From the human T2T-CHM13v2.0 reference genome, Homo sapiens, in assembly GCF_009914755.1 (NCBI RefSeq), contig NC_060945.1: DNA of 64,000 nucleotides; one strand, 5' to 3'. The stretch's first letter is position 1; every line of letters begins with the position of its first letter. Below are positions 13,246 through 27,956 of this stretch, in pieces. Position numbers and translations under genes: made by a program. The notes beneath the pieces were generated by a model. It did not search any database. It was not told where the DNA came from and saw only the letters and a list, made by a program, of their open reading frames with translations.

Positions 13246-15784
13246 GGATGTCCTTTATTTTGTATATATAAAGGAGGTTACCTGAAAAGATGATTACAAC
13301 TGCTATTATTATTATTGGCATTTTGTTCCATTTAGTTCATCTTAATAATAGTGTAATGAGTGTATTCCCTAAGGAGAAAATATAATTTAACAATTTAATC
13401 TTCAGTTAGGCTATTCTTTCAAAGTAGAGTTAACCCCAAAATAGCATAGTTTGTGAAGGCATTTACATGCCAAGCAGGATTAATTACTCCATGTCTCCAA
13501 TGATATATTATCCGACCTTTACTCAGATGTTGATTCTGTTCTATAATTTGTGGTTTAGATGATGACTCACATGTGAAATTTGTAACAAAGACCACACAGT
13601 AAACTTTATCCATAATTATGTCTTCTCTACCCAACATGAATTTTCACCTTTGTTGAAGCTTTCCAAACTATATCTCATATTGGCAACTTAATTGATCCCA
13701 AAATAACAAAAAATATTACCTAGATATACAGAAGGGTAATTTATGTGTTTTATTTGTTTACTTTGGAATTTGAGATATTTTATAATTCACATGAAGCTTG
13801 ATTAAGTTGTTAAAAGTGCAGATGCTTCTACCATTGCTGACTTCCAAGTTACCTGGAGAACATTCGAGTATCTTTGTTCTTTTCTCAATGGCCACCAGCC
13901 ATGTTACACAATATAAATGTGTGAATAGGAGTTAAAAATATGGATATCTACCTTTAATCTCCAATGTTGGAGGTGAGGTAAAGGGGAAGATAAAATACTA
14001 GACAGCCAATGGTTCTTACAGGGGCTTAGGTGAGTAATATGGTCCTAGGAAGGTTTGGGTAGGAAGGATAGAAGAAACACAGACTATGAGGCAAAACCTA
14101 GAAAGAAAATAGGCTGTGACTAGAAAAAAATGAAGAAGGAGAATCTTGCCATTCACTAGCTATTCACAAGTCTCCTAGCCTTTAGCTCAGCCACGACTAG
14201 TTCTATTGGAATAATAGCCCCTTGCAAAAATCTCTGTATTTTTGAAGATTATCCATCTTTTCTATAACCTTTCAGTGCCTCTGCAGAGAAATCCAACTCT
14301 CTCTTATATTGTTTACTATACATGTGCTTCCATCAGTAGTCATAAAATTATGTTTAAGATTTGTTATCAAAGCCTTAAAGCTATTTGAGGGGATCTCAAC
14401 AATTTGAATAATATTCTTAATGACTAAAATAAAAAATTCCAAAGCCCTATTTACAAGCCAACACCTGCTCTCTATAGTATTTCTATACAGTAAAAGTCAT
14501 TAAATTCAAAAAGATAGGCACATTAAACTTAATAAGAGATAAATCTTAGTCTCTGGGTGAATCTTTGACTTAAACTTTAGCAGCATTCTTACCAATTGAT
14601 GATATTAAGTGCTTTGTAAGTTTAAATGATTTTAATCCGGAAATCATTGTGTTGCTTTCTTTGCTTTCTCTATGTCTGCTACACAGAAATATCTGGTCTG
14701 CTGTAATTCACTCTGGAGTAATGCCACTGCGACCTGCTGATAATGGCTGGTTGCACAACAGTTGATCCAGAAGGACCTTGGCCAGGATGATTTGGCAGTG
14801 GAGCCAAAAGGAGTGCCACAAATATTGTTGCAGAAGTGATACCAGATTTGGAATAAAATATTCCCTCCCCACAAATGTTTCTCAGATGATGTTGTATCAT
14901 CTTATTTTATCAGACTCATCTCTGTTGTATCAGACTCATTGTATCAACACAATTGTAGATTCACTCTCAACATTCATTTCAGGCAAACTAGTTTTCTTAG
15001 AGTGTCTCCAGAGTTAACAAAGATTGTAAAGCAATGGAAGCCAATCAAGTCACAATAAAGAACCCCATTCTGATCTGTTTGTTTATGTATTAAAGAGAAT
15101 AGCATCCTCAGAATCATTTTTCATTTGTGTATAGCCATACAATCTCAGAATCAATAAAAATTTTTGCACATATATGCAAATATAAACTTAATTCATGTTG
15201 GTAATTTTAAATATTGAAATAGTAGCCTTGTATACTATTTTTTAGGCGTGGTCTTGTGGTTTTTGGTTGTTAGTGTTGTTTTCTCATTTGAATGCAGACT
15301 TTTTGTGGTTGTATTCCCCAATTTATTCTTTTCTCACTTAATGGTAAGAAGTGGGGTTTTGTGGTGATTATAATTTTTTAACTATTAATACAAGTCTATA
15401 TAAAATAACTGGAAGAGCACATGAATAAGTGACCAAGGAATAGTCAAGTATGGTAGATACATTATTTTCTCTAATTAGTATTTGTTTTAAAATCAAGAGT
15501 TTTCTGAAAGTTGTTTTTGTGTTTTGAATAAAATAATAGAATAACATTTGAGCTCTATTTCTCTGCTCTGAAGCCTGTAAGAGCCATTTACTTCATGACT
15601 GAGTTTTTCACTACATAGGTATATCTCAGTATTTCTATTAAAAAGGACCGTAGTACAGGTAATATAATGTCATGACTCAAGAAATCTGGTATTTCATTTC
15701 TCAAAGTATTCCAAAAAAGATAGCTAGTTGGATAAGTGACAGACAGATTGATACATAGATACAAAGATAAATAGATAAGTCGAT

Positions 15785-16030
15785 TGAATAAAACAAAGGA
15801 ACATTTTAAAGAGTTTATTTGAGCAAACAGAATTTCATGAGTTGGTAAACACCAACCAAAAGGGGTTTTGGATTCTGATGAGGAAGCTCATTGGACAGGC
15901 TTTTATAAAGTGAGTGTTTTTGATTAGTTGAGCTTTGCAGTTCAAGTAAGATTAAGGTTAATTTCAAGACCTAATTGGCTTTGTCTGCTCAAGGATTTTT
16001 CAGGCCTGGTCTCCATTTCAATTTACCTTG
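15785..16030 (-). mobile_element. ERV1-class LTR fragment (MER67-like)
   Basis: Reverse strand reads aaatggagaccaggcctgaaaatccttgagcagacaaagccaattagg; LTR 3'-like gagtttatttgagcaaa. Confidence 0.55.
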
Positions 16031-16123
16031 AGAGAAAGATAGAGACAGAGAAAGAAAGAGATAGAGAGAGAATATGTGCATACATAATATACATGAATAT
16101 TATATAAATCTGTGTAACATAGG

Positions 16124-16270
16124 AGAGAGGTCAGCAAATTTAATCTACAAAGTTAAAGAAAGTAAACATTTAGGCTTTGCATACCAAATGGTCTTTGTCA
16201 TCTCTACTCAACCCTGCCAAAGTAGCACAAAAGCAGCCAGGGACAATATGTAAATGAATGTACATTGCCA
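16124..16270 (+). mobile_element. MER58A fragment
   Basis: ggtcagcaaa...agtaaacatttaggctttgc...ctactcaaccctgcc...aaagcagccagggacaatatgtaaatgaatg. Confidence 0.75.
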
Positions 16271-17126
16271 ACCTGTAATATAGAATATAGGCTTCACATA
16301 TAAAATGTAATGAATCTTTAATTATGTAAATGTGATAAAATATATGTCACTTAAATCATATTTATAAATGAATGTGCATGCATTTTACTAAAATAATATA
16401 ATAAGGTTATATAAATGAATACCAATATGAGTTGGTATTTTCAGTCAAGCAAATTTAAATCTTGCATTGATTCATCAGATTTTTTTTTACTTCTAAAATT
16501 CTGTGTTATTTATTCATATATAACACTATGTGGTTAACATTAGTGGATATGTAGGATATCGTAATCTTATTCTAGCAGGGCACAGTCCTGCTAAAGATGA
16601 ATTCAGTTTACATTGTTTAAATACTACACATCTGAATCTTCAAAACTAAAATTCTGTGAGAACAGGGATTTCAATTTTCTTTTGACATCACAATAGAAAC
16701 AACAAAATAATGACTTTATGCATAGAGTTGAATAAATTTACCAAGTAGAACCGTTTTCTTCTCTAACCAAGCACCAGTTGGTCAACATCTCAGATCCTGC
16801 AACCTTGGACTGGCTGGTCTGCAATGGTGTTTTGGGTTGTTTTGTTTATTTATTTATTTTTCTGTTTTCCTTTTGTGTAAGATAAAGCACTGCACTATAC
16901 ACAGATATAAAGGTAATATCACATAAAATATCTACCAGCTTTAGTAGCTGGGGGGAATTATTACCTCTATGTCCAAAACAAGGATGAGCACAGAGGCAAT
17001 GAAAAACAAACCAGAAATAGGTGTGTTAGGGCTTTTAATCAGGTTTAACGAGAGGTCATAATTTATCCAATTATGAAGGTTTGTATTTTATTTGCTTGCT
17101 GAGATGTTTAAAATTCTTAGAATCTG

Positions 17127-17632
17127 ATAGGAACAATAGAGACTGGGGACTGCTTTAGAGGGGAGGGTAGGAAGGGGGCATGGGTTGGAAGGCTATATAT
17201 GGAGTACTATGCTCATTATCTGGGTAAGCATTGTACCTCAAGCCTCAACAAAACACAATTTATGGCCGGGCGTGGTGGCTCATGCCTGTAATCCCAGCAC
17301 ATTGGGAGGCCGAGCCGAGCAGATCACCTGAGATCAGGAGTTGGAGACCAGCGTGGCCAACATGGTGAAACCCCGTCTCTACTAAAAATACAAAAATTAG
17401 CAGGGCGTGGTGGCGTGCGCCTGTAATTCCAGCTACTCGGGAGGCTGAGGCAAGAGAATCGCTTGAACCTGGGAGGCGGAGCTTGCAGTGAGCGGAGATT
17501 GCAATGCACCATTGCACTCCAGCCTGAGGGGCAAGAGTGAGACTTTGTCTCAAAAAAGAAAAAAAAAAAATTTACTCACATAACAAACCTGCATATGTAT
17601 CCCTGGAATCTAAAATAAAAATAGAAAAGAAA
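17127..17632 (+). mobile_element. L1PA15/16- or L1PB-type 3' end interrupted by an Alu
   Basis: G-rich 3'UTR, gtactatgctcattatctgggt, taacaaacctgcatatgtatccc...aatctaaaataaaa. Confidence 0.8.
17264..17570 (+). mobile_element. AluS (Sq/Sx-like)
   Basis: Full dimer with A tail; flanks share aattta. Confidence 0.95.
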
Positions 17633-20129
17633 GAGGACATTAAAAAATAAAATATATTTAAATGTTTGAATTTGCCTATATAACTTCTGTTTACAAAATA
17701 TTAATGTGCTACATTAATAAATTATATTTTAGTGGTATAAACAGTCTGTTAGTGGAAATCTTGGTTGTATAGCATTTAAATAAGGTTATTTTAATGAAGT
17801 CCAAAGATAAGTAAATTTAAAAATGTCCAAATTTCTTTTTCATTCTAATGAGCTGTCTGGAATCTGTCAACATTCTGAACTGTAAATGTATGTAGAAGTT
17901 CAATACTGAAAAAAGAGCTTAAAGCATAAATCTATAATTTATAAAATGTATGGAGGAGAAAACCTCCCTTCAAAAAAAATGAATGATTCTCTCTAATCAT
18001 TAATGACATGGCAGCATTGCCAATGCAAGAATTATATTTTCTGTTTTCTATTTAATTTAACTAATTCTTCTAACATTTGGAAACTACTGTGGTATTTAAT
18101 ATAAATATAATATTCAAAACACTTTTTTAAAGTTTCAAAAATAAGAATTATCATCTGTCAGGTATAGCCTACAATTCAACTGAACGCTTTTTACTTTGCT
18201 GGCAATGATGAGTTCCCTTGTGTTAGCTTATGAAAGAAAAAGTAGCTTTTATTGGAACTTTCTCGATATTCTCTTCTTGACCACTAAATTTTTTTTTTTA
18301 ATTTGCCTCTAAAAGTTAGCTACTAGAAAGGGCCAAGTGCCTTTTGACAAATTAAGAATATAGGAAGATATTAAATCTTAATCCTGTAAAAAAATGATGC
18401 AGTTAGAAGATGAATTTTTCATTTTTTAAACAACTATGCAAACTTGACTTATTACTCATAGTGCTAGACCTAATATTTTTCATAATTACAATGGAGAAGA
18501 ATAACATCTACCATGGGGTATTATAAATTTTAAATAAAACTTAAATTCTGAAAGAACTTTGAAGTTAAAAAATGTTACAGCGATGTAATATTACATTCTG
18601 TGCCCTCATCAAAGATAAACATTTAAAATTACAAATAATTGAAAATGTCACCCAGGCATATTTTCATAAAATAAAGTTTCATTTCTCACTCAACTACAAA
18701 AATCTTCTCTTAAAAGAAGTTCTTACAAAAGATGTTGCTATATATGAGAGCCCACTGAATTAATTAGTGAAGTTTTGACTTATAGTTTTGAAATGTGTCT
18801 GCTATATTTCCCAGGGTATGATAATAGTAATAATTGTCTGGATCATGAATATTAATATATACAGAATTTATTTTAAAATAATTTAAACTTAAATGTCAAT
18901 TGTGTGTTAGAAAAATGGATTATTCCTTAGCACTTCTTTCTTAAATTACATTATTTAAGTTTGTTAAAACTATATTATCTGATTAAACAGGTGACGGAAT
19001 CGACCTTAGGAGAGTAAATAGTAGAGTGATGTGTATATTTTCTTTCTTTCATATGCCCATAAATCTCAGTAAATCCAAAAGCTCTTGAATAAATGATCAC
19101 AAAATAATACCAAGATGATGTATAATGCAGTTCTTGATGTATTTTACATTTTAAGAAGACAATCTATGGTTCATATCTTAGCTTTATATACATTCCAGGC
19201 AGTTTATATAAGATGCTGAATATTCTCATTTTATTTTTCTTGTCTCTCCACTTAATCCATTACAGAAAACATGCACTGGCATCTTTGGAGGTGTGTGATC
19301 GTTAGGAGTAATCTAAGGACTAACACTAACATCTGTCAGCTTTTCTGCTGTCTGTAGCCTGAAAGCAACAACACATGCCCTGGTGTCCCAGAGGGTCTCC
19401 AAAACAGGCTTGAGTGTCTTATGAACAGTTGGTGCTTCATTTCGAGTTTACTTTCCAAGTTCAGAATCTTTATTAGAAAAAGAAAAAAAAAAAAGAGGCC
19501 TAAGCTAACAGATGTTCAATTAAGTGGAAAAAAAATAGATAACAGATATACCCATGAATCCCAAAGGATATTTATCAGAAAACAAACTAAATATTTTTGT
19601 CTCTATATTATTCCTTTTTAATGTAATATTCCAGTCAAATATTAATGTTTTAGTCAAAATTGCACAGAAAACTCTTTTTGCCATGATAAAATGTAATAAT
19701 CTAAAGATGTTAAATTTTAAATAAGTTTTGGAGAATATAATTACAAGAAGTCACATATTTTATGCTTAATTTACTACAGAAAAGTTGCTGCATATGTTTA
19801 ATTTCTCTGACATTTATGTAACGTTTTATTAGTCTACCAATAATGGTCAGAAATTGTTATTATATTTATCCTCTCTTCTCCAAAGTGCTCATAAAAAAAA
19901 TCATGTTTTCATGAAGCTTCCCAAAAAACACTTCCTCTTTTGCAATTCCACAGCACTACTTCCAAGGTTGTGTTCGAAATTGACACCCTGTCTCTCCACC
20001 CAAATATTCTCTTTTCAGGTAATTTGTGAGGTGCCCTACATTATATTTCCTTTTGAAGATTGACAATAAAGTTTGAGTCATTAAACTCTGAAATGAAATT
20101 CAGAAAAAAAATTGTGTTTTAAAAAGTTT

Positions 20130-20487
<358 letters not shown>

Positions 20488-20997
20488 CGTTTTTAAAATG
20501 TTACTGTTTTCAGTACAGTGAATATTTTTGTTTAACTTTAGAAATATGTATATGTTATCCACCAAACCACGCTGTGAATTTCCTTTGGTTATTTTATTGT
20601 TTCTTAGAAGCATAATAAGTGTTCAATAAGTATGCTGATCTGGTTTGATCCAGTGAAATTACTTTTATCAAAATATGAGCTGTAAAAAAGGTGTAGATAA
20701 TTTTTACTAAAAACACTGAAGAGGCTACAAGTAAGAAAACAGTCAAGGCTCAACAACTTAAAAATTTATGATATTATTTTCAATATAATGAAGTTACAAT
20801 GATTGATGTATCTAACACCACCAATCTTAAAAAATAAAGCATTAAAAAATATGCTTCCTTTTATAATGGGATTTTCTCCAGAAGGTATCACTATCCTAGA
20901 TTTTTATTAATGATTCTCATGTATTAATTTAAATTCTAATTTCATATTTATATATCTATCAACAAACTGTAGGGTCTCACTAGATGTTTTAACACCA

Positions 20998-21041
20998 TAT
21001 GTATATATATATATATATGTGTGTGTATATATATATATATA
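20998..21041. repeat. (TA)n(TG)n(TA)n microsatellite
   Basis: Directly visible. Confidence 0.95.
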
Positions 21042-21057
21042 AATGCTACTATCCTGT

Positions 21058-21437
21058 TATTATGGTTAGGTTTTGTGTCCCCACCCAAATCTCGTCTTGA
21101 ATAGTAATCTCCATAATCCCCATAACCCCTACCTTCAAGGGAGAGACCAGGTGGAGGTGATAGAATCGTGGCTGCGGTCTCCCCCATGCTGATCTTGTGA
21201 TAATGAGTGAGTTATCAGGGAATTTGATGGTTTTACAAGGAGATCTTCATCCTTCACTTGGCACTTCTCCTTTCTGCCTTCTTGTGAAGCAGGTGCATTG
21301 CTTCCCCTTGGCCTTCTGCCATGATTATCAGTTTCCTGAGGCCTCCCCAGCCACGCTGAACTGTGGGTCAATTAAACCTCTTTCCTTTATAAATTATCCA
21401 GTCTCAGGCAGTTCTTTCTTTTTCTTTCTTTCTTTCT

Positions 21438-21493
<56 letters not shown>

Positions 21494-21649
21494 TCCTTCT
21501 TTCTTTCTTTCCTTCTTTCTTTCCTTCCTTCCTTCCTTCCTTCCTTCCTTCCTTCCTTCCTTCCTTCCTTCCTTCCTTCCTTCTTTCCTTCTTTCTTTCT
21601 CTCTTCCTTTCTTTCTTTCTTTATAGCAATATGCAAATCAGGTAACATA
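21058..21649 (+). mobile_element. THE1D-type MaLR solo LTR with an internal STR expansion
   Basis: ccccacccaaatctc...gggagagaccaggtggagg...ATTAAA at 21371; perfect TSD cctgt (21053-21057, 21650-21654). Confidence 0.9.
21412..21622. repeat. Compound (TTTC)n/(TTCC)n microsatellite, 211 bp of pure pyrimidine
   Basis: Directly visible. Confidence 0.98.
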
Positions 21650-21719
21650 CCTGTTCTCAATAATACTGTGCACATTGTGTCCTCAGTTTCCACAATGTAC
21701 ACATTCAATCTTTTGCTAT

Positions 21720-22700
21720 TAGATATTTAAATTACTTCTAATTTTTGGCTATTACAAGCATTACATCTGATAATACTCCTGAACTGGTATCCATGAGCAT
21801 GCATGAACCTTTCACTAGAGTATATATTTGGTAGCAGAATTGCTATATCATATTTTAGGCATGTCTTCATAATTGAATGAGTGTTGCAAAATAATATCAA
21901 TACATATTAATAACAAGAATAAATAAGACATTCTAATATTCTCAATCTTTATGCTATTTGATATTGTCAGATTCTAAAATCTTTGCTCATCTGAAGTTTG
22001 TAAAATGATATCCATTTGTAGTTTTATTTTGCATTTTCCTATTTGGCAGTTGATCATTATTTTATATATTCATTTGTAACTAAGTTTCCTATTTTGTTAA
22101 TTGTCTTTTCAAAACTATTTCCTCTGTTGGAGAGGAACTCCACAGGAGGGATTTGAGAATTTTTGTCTTTGTCTAGTTGATCTATAAGAGGGTGTGTATT
22201 TGTGTGTGTGCATCATGGGGTTTTTTATTACTTCAAATAGCAGAAATGTGGTTTTCTTTAATAGTAGGGAATTGATATTGCTTTTATAGAAATTATGAGA
22301 TAGCTTTATTTTTTCCTAGATAATTGTCTAAGCAATATTGATGGATAAATCTTTACCCTTATGTTTGTCATAAATTGATGTTTTGTAAATAATTACAATT
22401 CTGTTTCTCAGCTGCTTTGTTCCAATATTCTATTTTTCATTCTGTACCTATACTACATGGCTTAACTTAATTAACTAAGATTTATAGAGGTATCTGGTAC
22501 ACCATTATCCCTGACCTCTTGTTATTTTTCTTCCTCCTCTCCTCTGCTCTCTTTCCTGCTTTCATTAATGCTCATTTGTGCATCCTGCATGCTCCACAAT
22601 ATACATGTTCAGTCTCTTCCTTTTGGACATTTGAGTTGTTCTGAATTTTTGGCTATGACAAACAGTGAATATTAAAATATTCTTAGACATGTCTCTAAGA
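21720..22700 (-). mobile_element. Degraded L1ME-type fragments
   Basis: ttttggctattacaa, gaattgctatatcata, gttttattttgcattttcct, ggacatttgagttgtt motifs. Confidence 0.5.
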
Positions 22701-24739
22701 CACGTTGTTGCTGTCCTGATGTTCTTCACCTTGTCAATTCTTCCTCTTCTTCTCACTCATTCTTCTCCTCTTTCTTCCAAAGCTCTTTCTACTACTTCTT
22801 TCTCTTTCCATTTCAAAAGTTTGCTAAATATTTTGTGGCAAATAACATTTTACAATTAAAAAATAATCAATGCAGTCAAATTTCATACACAGCCCTAATG
22901 CATTTGTGAATAATATTCTATTAACTTATGGTTAGTTTTGGAAGAAATATTATATTGAGCCCTCTATGAATGAATCCAGTGAACATTTTCGTATATTTTG
23001 ATATTTAATTTTATTTAAGTCTGTGTCTTTTTACTTAATTTTATTTTTTCTTCAGTAGGTCTTGTACATATTTTTTATCTTCTGGAATTTGGTCAACATT
23101 AGTAAAGAATTTATTCATTTAAGAAGACTGGGAATTAATAGTACTAGAACCATACATGTATATAGTTTAGACAGCAATTTTTAATTGTGACATTGAAATT
23201 ATCACTTTACATCATCATCATAGTTTTGTCCACGTGATCTAGAAACTACCTAAGGAGATTGCTTAAAACTACTAGAGTGATTTTGGATAATTCAATCTGT
23301 ACTTCACATTTGAGTTATATGTTTTATGTAATTGGAGCTATACAAATTTATTATTTACATTTAGAATTTTTTAATTTTTTAATTGATAAATTAGGCCTTG
23401 TAGTGTGCAACCTCTTTATATCTACTGATATATTTGGCCTTAGCATCAATTTTTCTGGTATTAATTTGAATCAGCTTACCTGTGTTAATGTTTGCATGAT
23501 GTAAATTAATTTTTAACTTATTTAAAAACTCCGGGTTTTACATTTTAGGCACTTCTTTTGTAAATTACATAATCATGACTTTTAAAAATGCAAACAAAAA
23601 GTATTTTTAATTAATTGACAAGTTTTATTCTTGTGCATTTTTGTGATGGCTGGCATGTTTAAATTCTGTTTTTTCATATTATTTGCACAATATTTATGTA
23701 TTTATCACTCTTTTTTCTAAATGTATTTTAAATTTATAATTCATTTTTAATAATATAGATTCTCAGAATGTTTTTGTGCAAAAGACAAAAGGGAAAGACC
23801 TTCATTGTTGCACTTCAAAATAATCCAAACTTGGATTATATTTTGTTCATTTCAGAATATAAATATAAATTTAAAGTTAAAACTCTTCCTCTTTAATTAT
23901 GCCTAGAAAAATAATAGTGTTTATTGACCATTCCTGAACACCTCCTTTCTCCAGTTTTTATTCCTCTAACAGTATTTGTTTACATCTTGCTGGAAGCAAT
24001 ATGGCTGAACATATCTTGCCTTTCAGTAAATAGAATTTAATTTGTGGGTATGTGATTTAGAACTAGAATAAAAGGTACATACAATGTTTAATTAAGTACA
24101 TTTTAGAAGAGATAAACTAATGTAGGTTAAACTAACTACAATACAAACATAGAAGTTAATCTTATCCATATTTTCACATTCTAGAAAGTTATGCATCTTT
24201 TTTTCTCAATTAAAAAGATTATCATGGGTTAAAAATTTGTCATAAAATTCTTTAAAGGGTAGGATAAAAATGAAAAAAACTCTCACTGGAAATCTGTATT
24301 TGCATAATTACTGTAAAATACCAATTTTACACACAAACAAACAGAAGCCAAAAATGCTTCGAAATCTCATTTGAATAATACATGCATATGTATTGGTTCT
24401 GCATGGCTAAGCCAACAGTTGCATCAGTGAAAATATTTACCTTTTAATGTCAACACTAGAAATAACAATTATCAATATGAAAGAGAAGGCCCTAGTATAA
24501 AATACATACTATCATCAAACAAATCTAATTTCTTATTTTGTTATGAAGTAAAATAATACATTTGTTATGCATTTCTAAAGCAAAAAATTACATAAGTATC
24601 AGGGGTCTATTAATTTTTAAAAGTACACATAATGCCTAATTTTTTACATTGAAGTTAGGTAAAGACATGTATAGTTAATGAATTAAATGATTTTAGTAAG
24701 ATATAATATTCATGGAACAAAATGCATAGGTTATAATTT

Positions 24740-25100
24740 TTCATTTTGATAAGTTTGTTAATTGTAGAAAACCATGTCACTACCACCTTAAACAAGATTT
24801 AGAATAATTCTGTAAACTTTCTCTTCAATTACCCAGCAGTAAATAATCTGTCAGCATAGATTCATTTTGGTTTTTCTTGGAATTTAGATAAATGAAATTA
24901 TACAATGTGTATTTTTTAGAGTATCACACCTTTTCACTCATAGATGCAAAAACATGTATTGGTAGTTTGCTCCAATTGTACAGATAATAAAATTTATTGA
25001 ATAAATAAATCAACATTTATTTATTCTGCATTTAATATACTTGTGGGCTGTTTGTTGCTTTGGGCTTAGATTATCTCTTTTAACCTTTGTATATCTTTCA
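24740..25100 (-). mobile_element. Degraded L1ME/L1MD 3' fragment
   Basis: catgtcactaccacc...aaatgaaattatacaatgtgta...cttttcactca. Confidence 0.5.
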
Positions 25101-27427
25101 ACTTTCCTTATGATAAGTATAGACAAGAGGCCTATGATGGGTAAGTTATTTTTCGTGTTATAATTTATAATACTTTTCAAATATCACCTGGCTTAATTCA
25201 TGCCACAGGCCCTTTTCCATCACTCAGATGAATTTTTAAATCTTATATTCATTACGTATTTTGCTATTTTGTTTACCACATTGATTTTCATGCACTTGCT
25301 TAGTACACTTTCATTCACCATCACATAAGTTTCAACATGTTCTTAGCTTCATTAATTTCTCAATCCCAGGTTACTACATGCTATGGTTTGAATGTTGTCC
25401 CCTTCTGAACTCTTATTGAAATTTAATTGCCATTGTAACAGTATTAAGAGGTAGGACCTTTAAGGCGTGATTAGGCCATGAAGACTTCACATTTTTGGGT
25501 GGAATTGGTGCTGTTATAAAAGGGTGACTTCAGTTCATCCCCCTCTTGCTCTCGTTCTTTCTATCTTACTATGTCTTTACCCTTCTCCTATGGGATGATG
25601 CAGCAAAAGGCCTTGCCAGATGACGACCCCTTGATTTGAACTTCACACTTCCAGAACTATAAGCCGATAAAGTTCTATTCTTAATAATAAGTCAGTCTGT
25701 GGTATTCCATTATAGGAAGACAAAACAGACTAAGATAATGAATTGGTACTGAGAAGTGGGGCTGTTGGTATAACAAATACCTAAAAATGTGAAAGCAACT
25801 TTGAAATGGATAGTGGGTGGAGGTTGAAAGAATTTGGAGGAGTAGGCTAGAAAAAGCCTATACAGCCCTAAACAGAGCATTAAGGGCAATTCCGGTGAGG
25901 GTTCAGAAGAGAACTTTAGGGTAAGTGGAACTTCTTAAGGATTACTTAAGTTGTTGTGATCAGAATGTTGGAAGAACTATAGGCAGTCAAGGCAATTCTG
26001 ATGAGGTCTCAGATAGAAATAAAAACAAGATATTGGAAACTGGAGTAAAGACCATTCTTGTTATACAGTGGCGAAGAACTTGGCTGAATTGTGTCCATGC
26101 CAGAGGGCTTTCTGGAAGGCAGAATTTAAGTGCAATGAATTAAGATGTCTGCTGGAAGAAATATCTGAGCAGAAAAGCATTCAGGATGATGTGTGGCTAC
26201 TTTTAACTGCATATAGAAAATGGGAAAATAAATACTTACAAGGAGAACAGAATTTAGGGAATTGAAGTATTCTGAGCCTGGTGGTGTGGTCGAAAATAAA
26301 AGACCATTTTCAGGCGAGGAATCCAAGGTTGCGGCCAAGTGACCTATTTGATAAGGAGATTAGTAGGAATAGAACAAAGCCAAAAGCTATTCATCAGGAC
26401 AATGGGAAAATGGCCATAAAGGCACTGTGGAGCTTACAAGTGTGACCGCTCCCATCACAGGCCCAGAGTGTCAAGGCCTGACTGAAGGAAATATGTCAAA
26501 GGAGAGGTTTCAGTGCTCTCAGGAACTTGGAACTTACTGTCCAGGGCCAACTCAAGTCTCAGTTCCCTACATTCTAGTGCAGGGCTCGTCAGCTGCCCCA
26601 GCCACATCTCAGGACTGCCAGGATCAGCTACACGCAGCTGAGAATCAATCCCACCCACTTCTCCAGAAGGTATGAGCAGCAAATCTTGGTGGCACCTAAG
26701 TGGTGTTGTCTGCAGGCATGCAAAATAAACAAGCTGTGAGGGGCATGGTTTCCTTCACCTGAATTTGAAAGCATGTTGCTAACAGCCTGGTGTCCCGGGA
26801 AAAGACTTGTTATAAGGGCAGAGCCACTGCAAAAAGCTCCCATTGGAGAAATACCTAGCAAAATTTTGGGGTTGGATCTGTACAGCGAATCCCCAGTGGG
26901 CTGAGGAAAGCTGTTGGAATGGGGCTTCCCTTGAGACCCCAGAAATGGAGAGTCACCAGTGTTCAATTCCAGCCTGAGAGAGCTACAGGCACCTGCTCTC
27001 AGTGTATGAGAGGTGCAGGCATGAGCTCTGCCTGGCAAAACTATAGTGATGGGGCTTCCTTAAATCTTGTGGCCCCCAATTCTGTGCCACTGTGTTCAGA
27101 GGGTGGGACACGGAGTCAAAGAAGATTGTCCTCCAGCCTTAAGATTTAATCTTGTTCTCCCTGTTGGGCTTTGTAATTACTTGGAACAAGTTATTGGGTT
27201 TTTTTCTTGTCCATTTTCTCCTTTTGGAATAGTAATGTCTATCTTATATCTGTTTTCCTATTCTATTTTGGAAATATATAATTTGTTTGATTTCACAAGC
27301 TCACAGTCGGAGAGAAATCTGCCTCAAGGTGAATTGTGCCTTGCGTTTCACCTGAATCCAGTTTAGATGAAACTCTGGACTTTGGATATTTTAGTTGATA
27401 CTGGATTCGGTTAAGAATTTAGAGATT

Positions 27428-27956
<529 letters not shown>

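Noticed and set aside
21197-21730. 177-aa ORF and the opposite-strand 104-aa K/E/R-rich ORF
   Set aside because: Open only because the TTTC/TTCC array lacks stop codons; both lie over a THE1 LTR.
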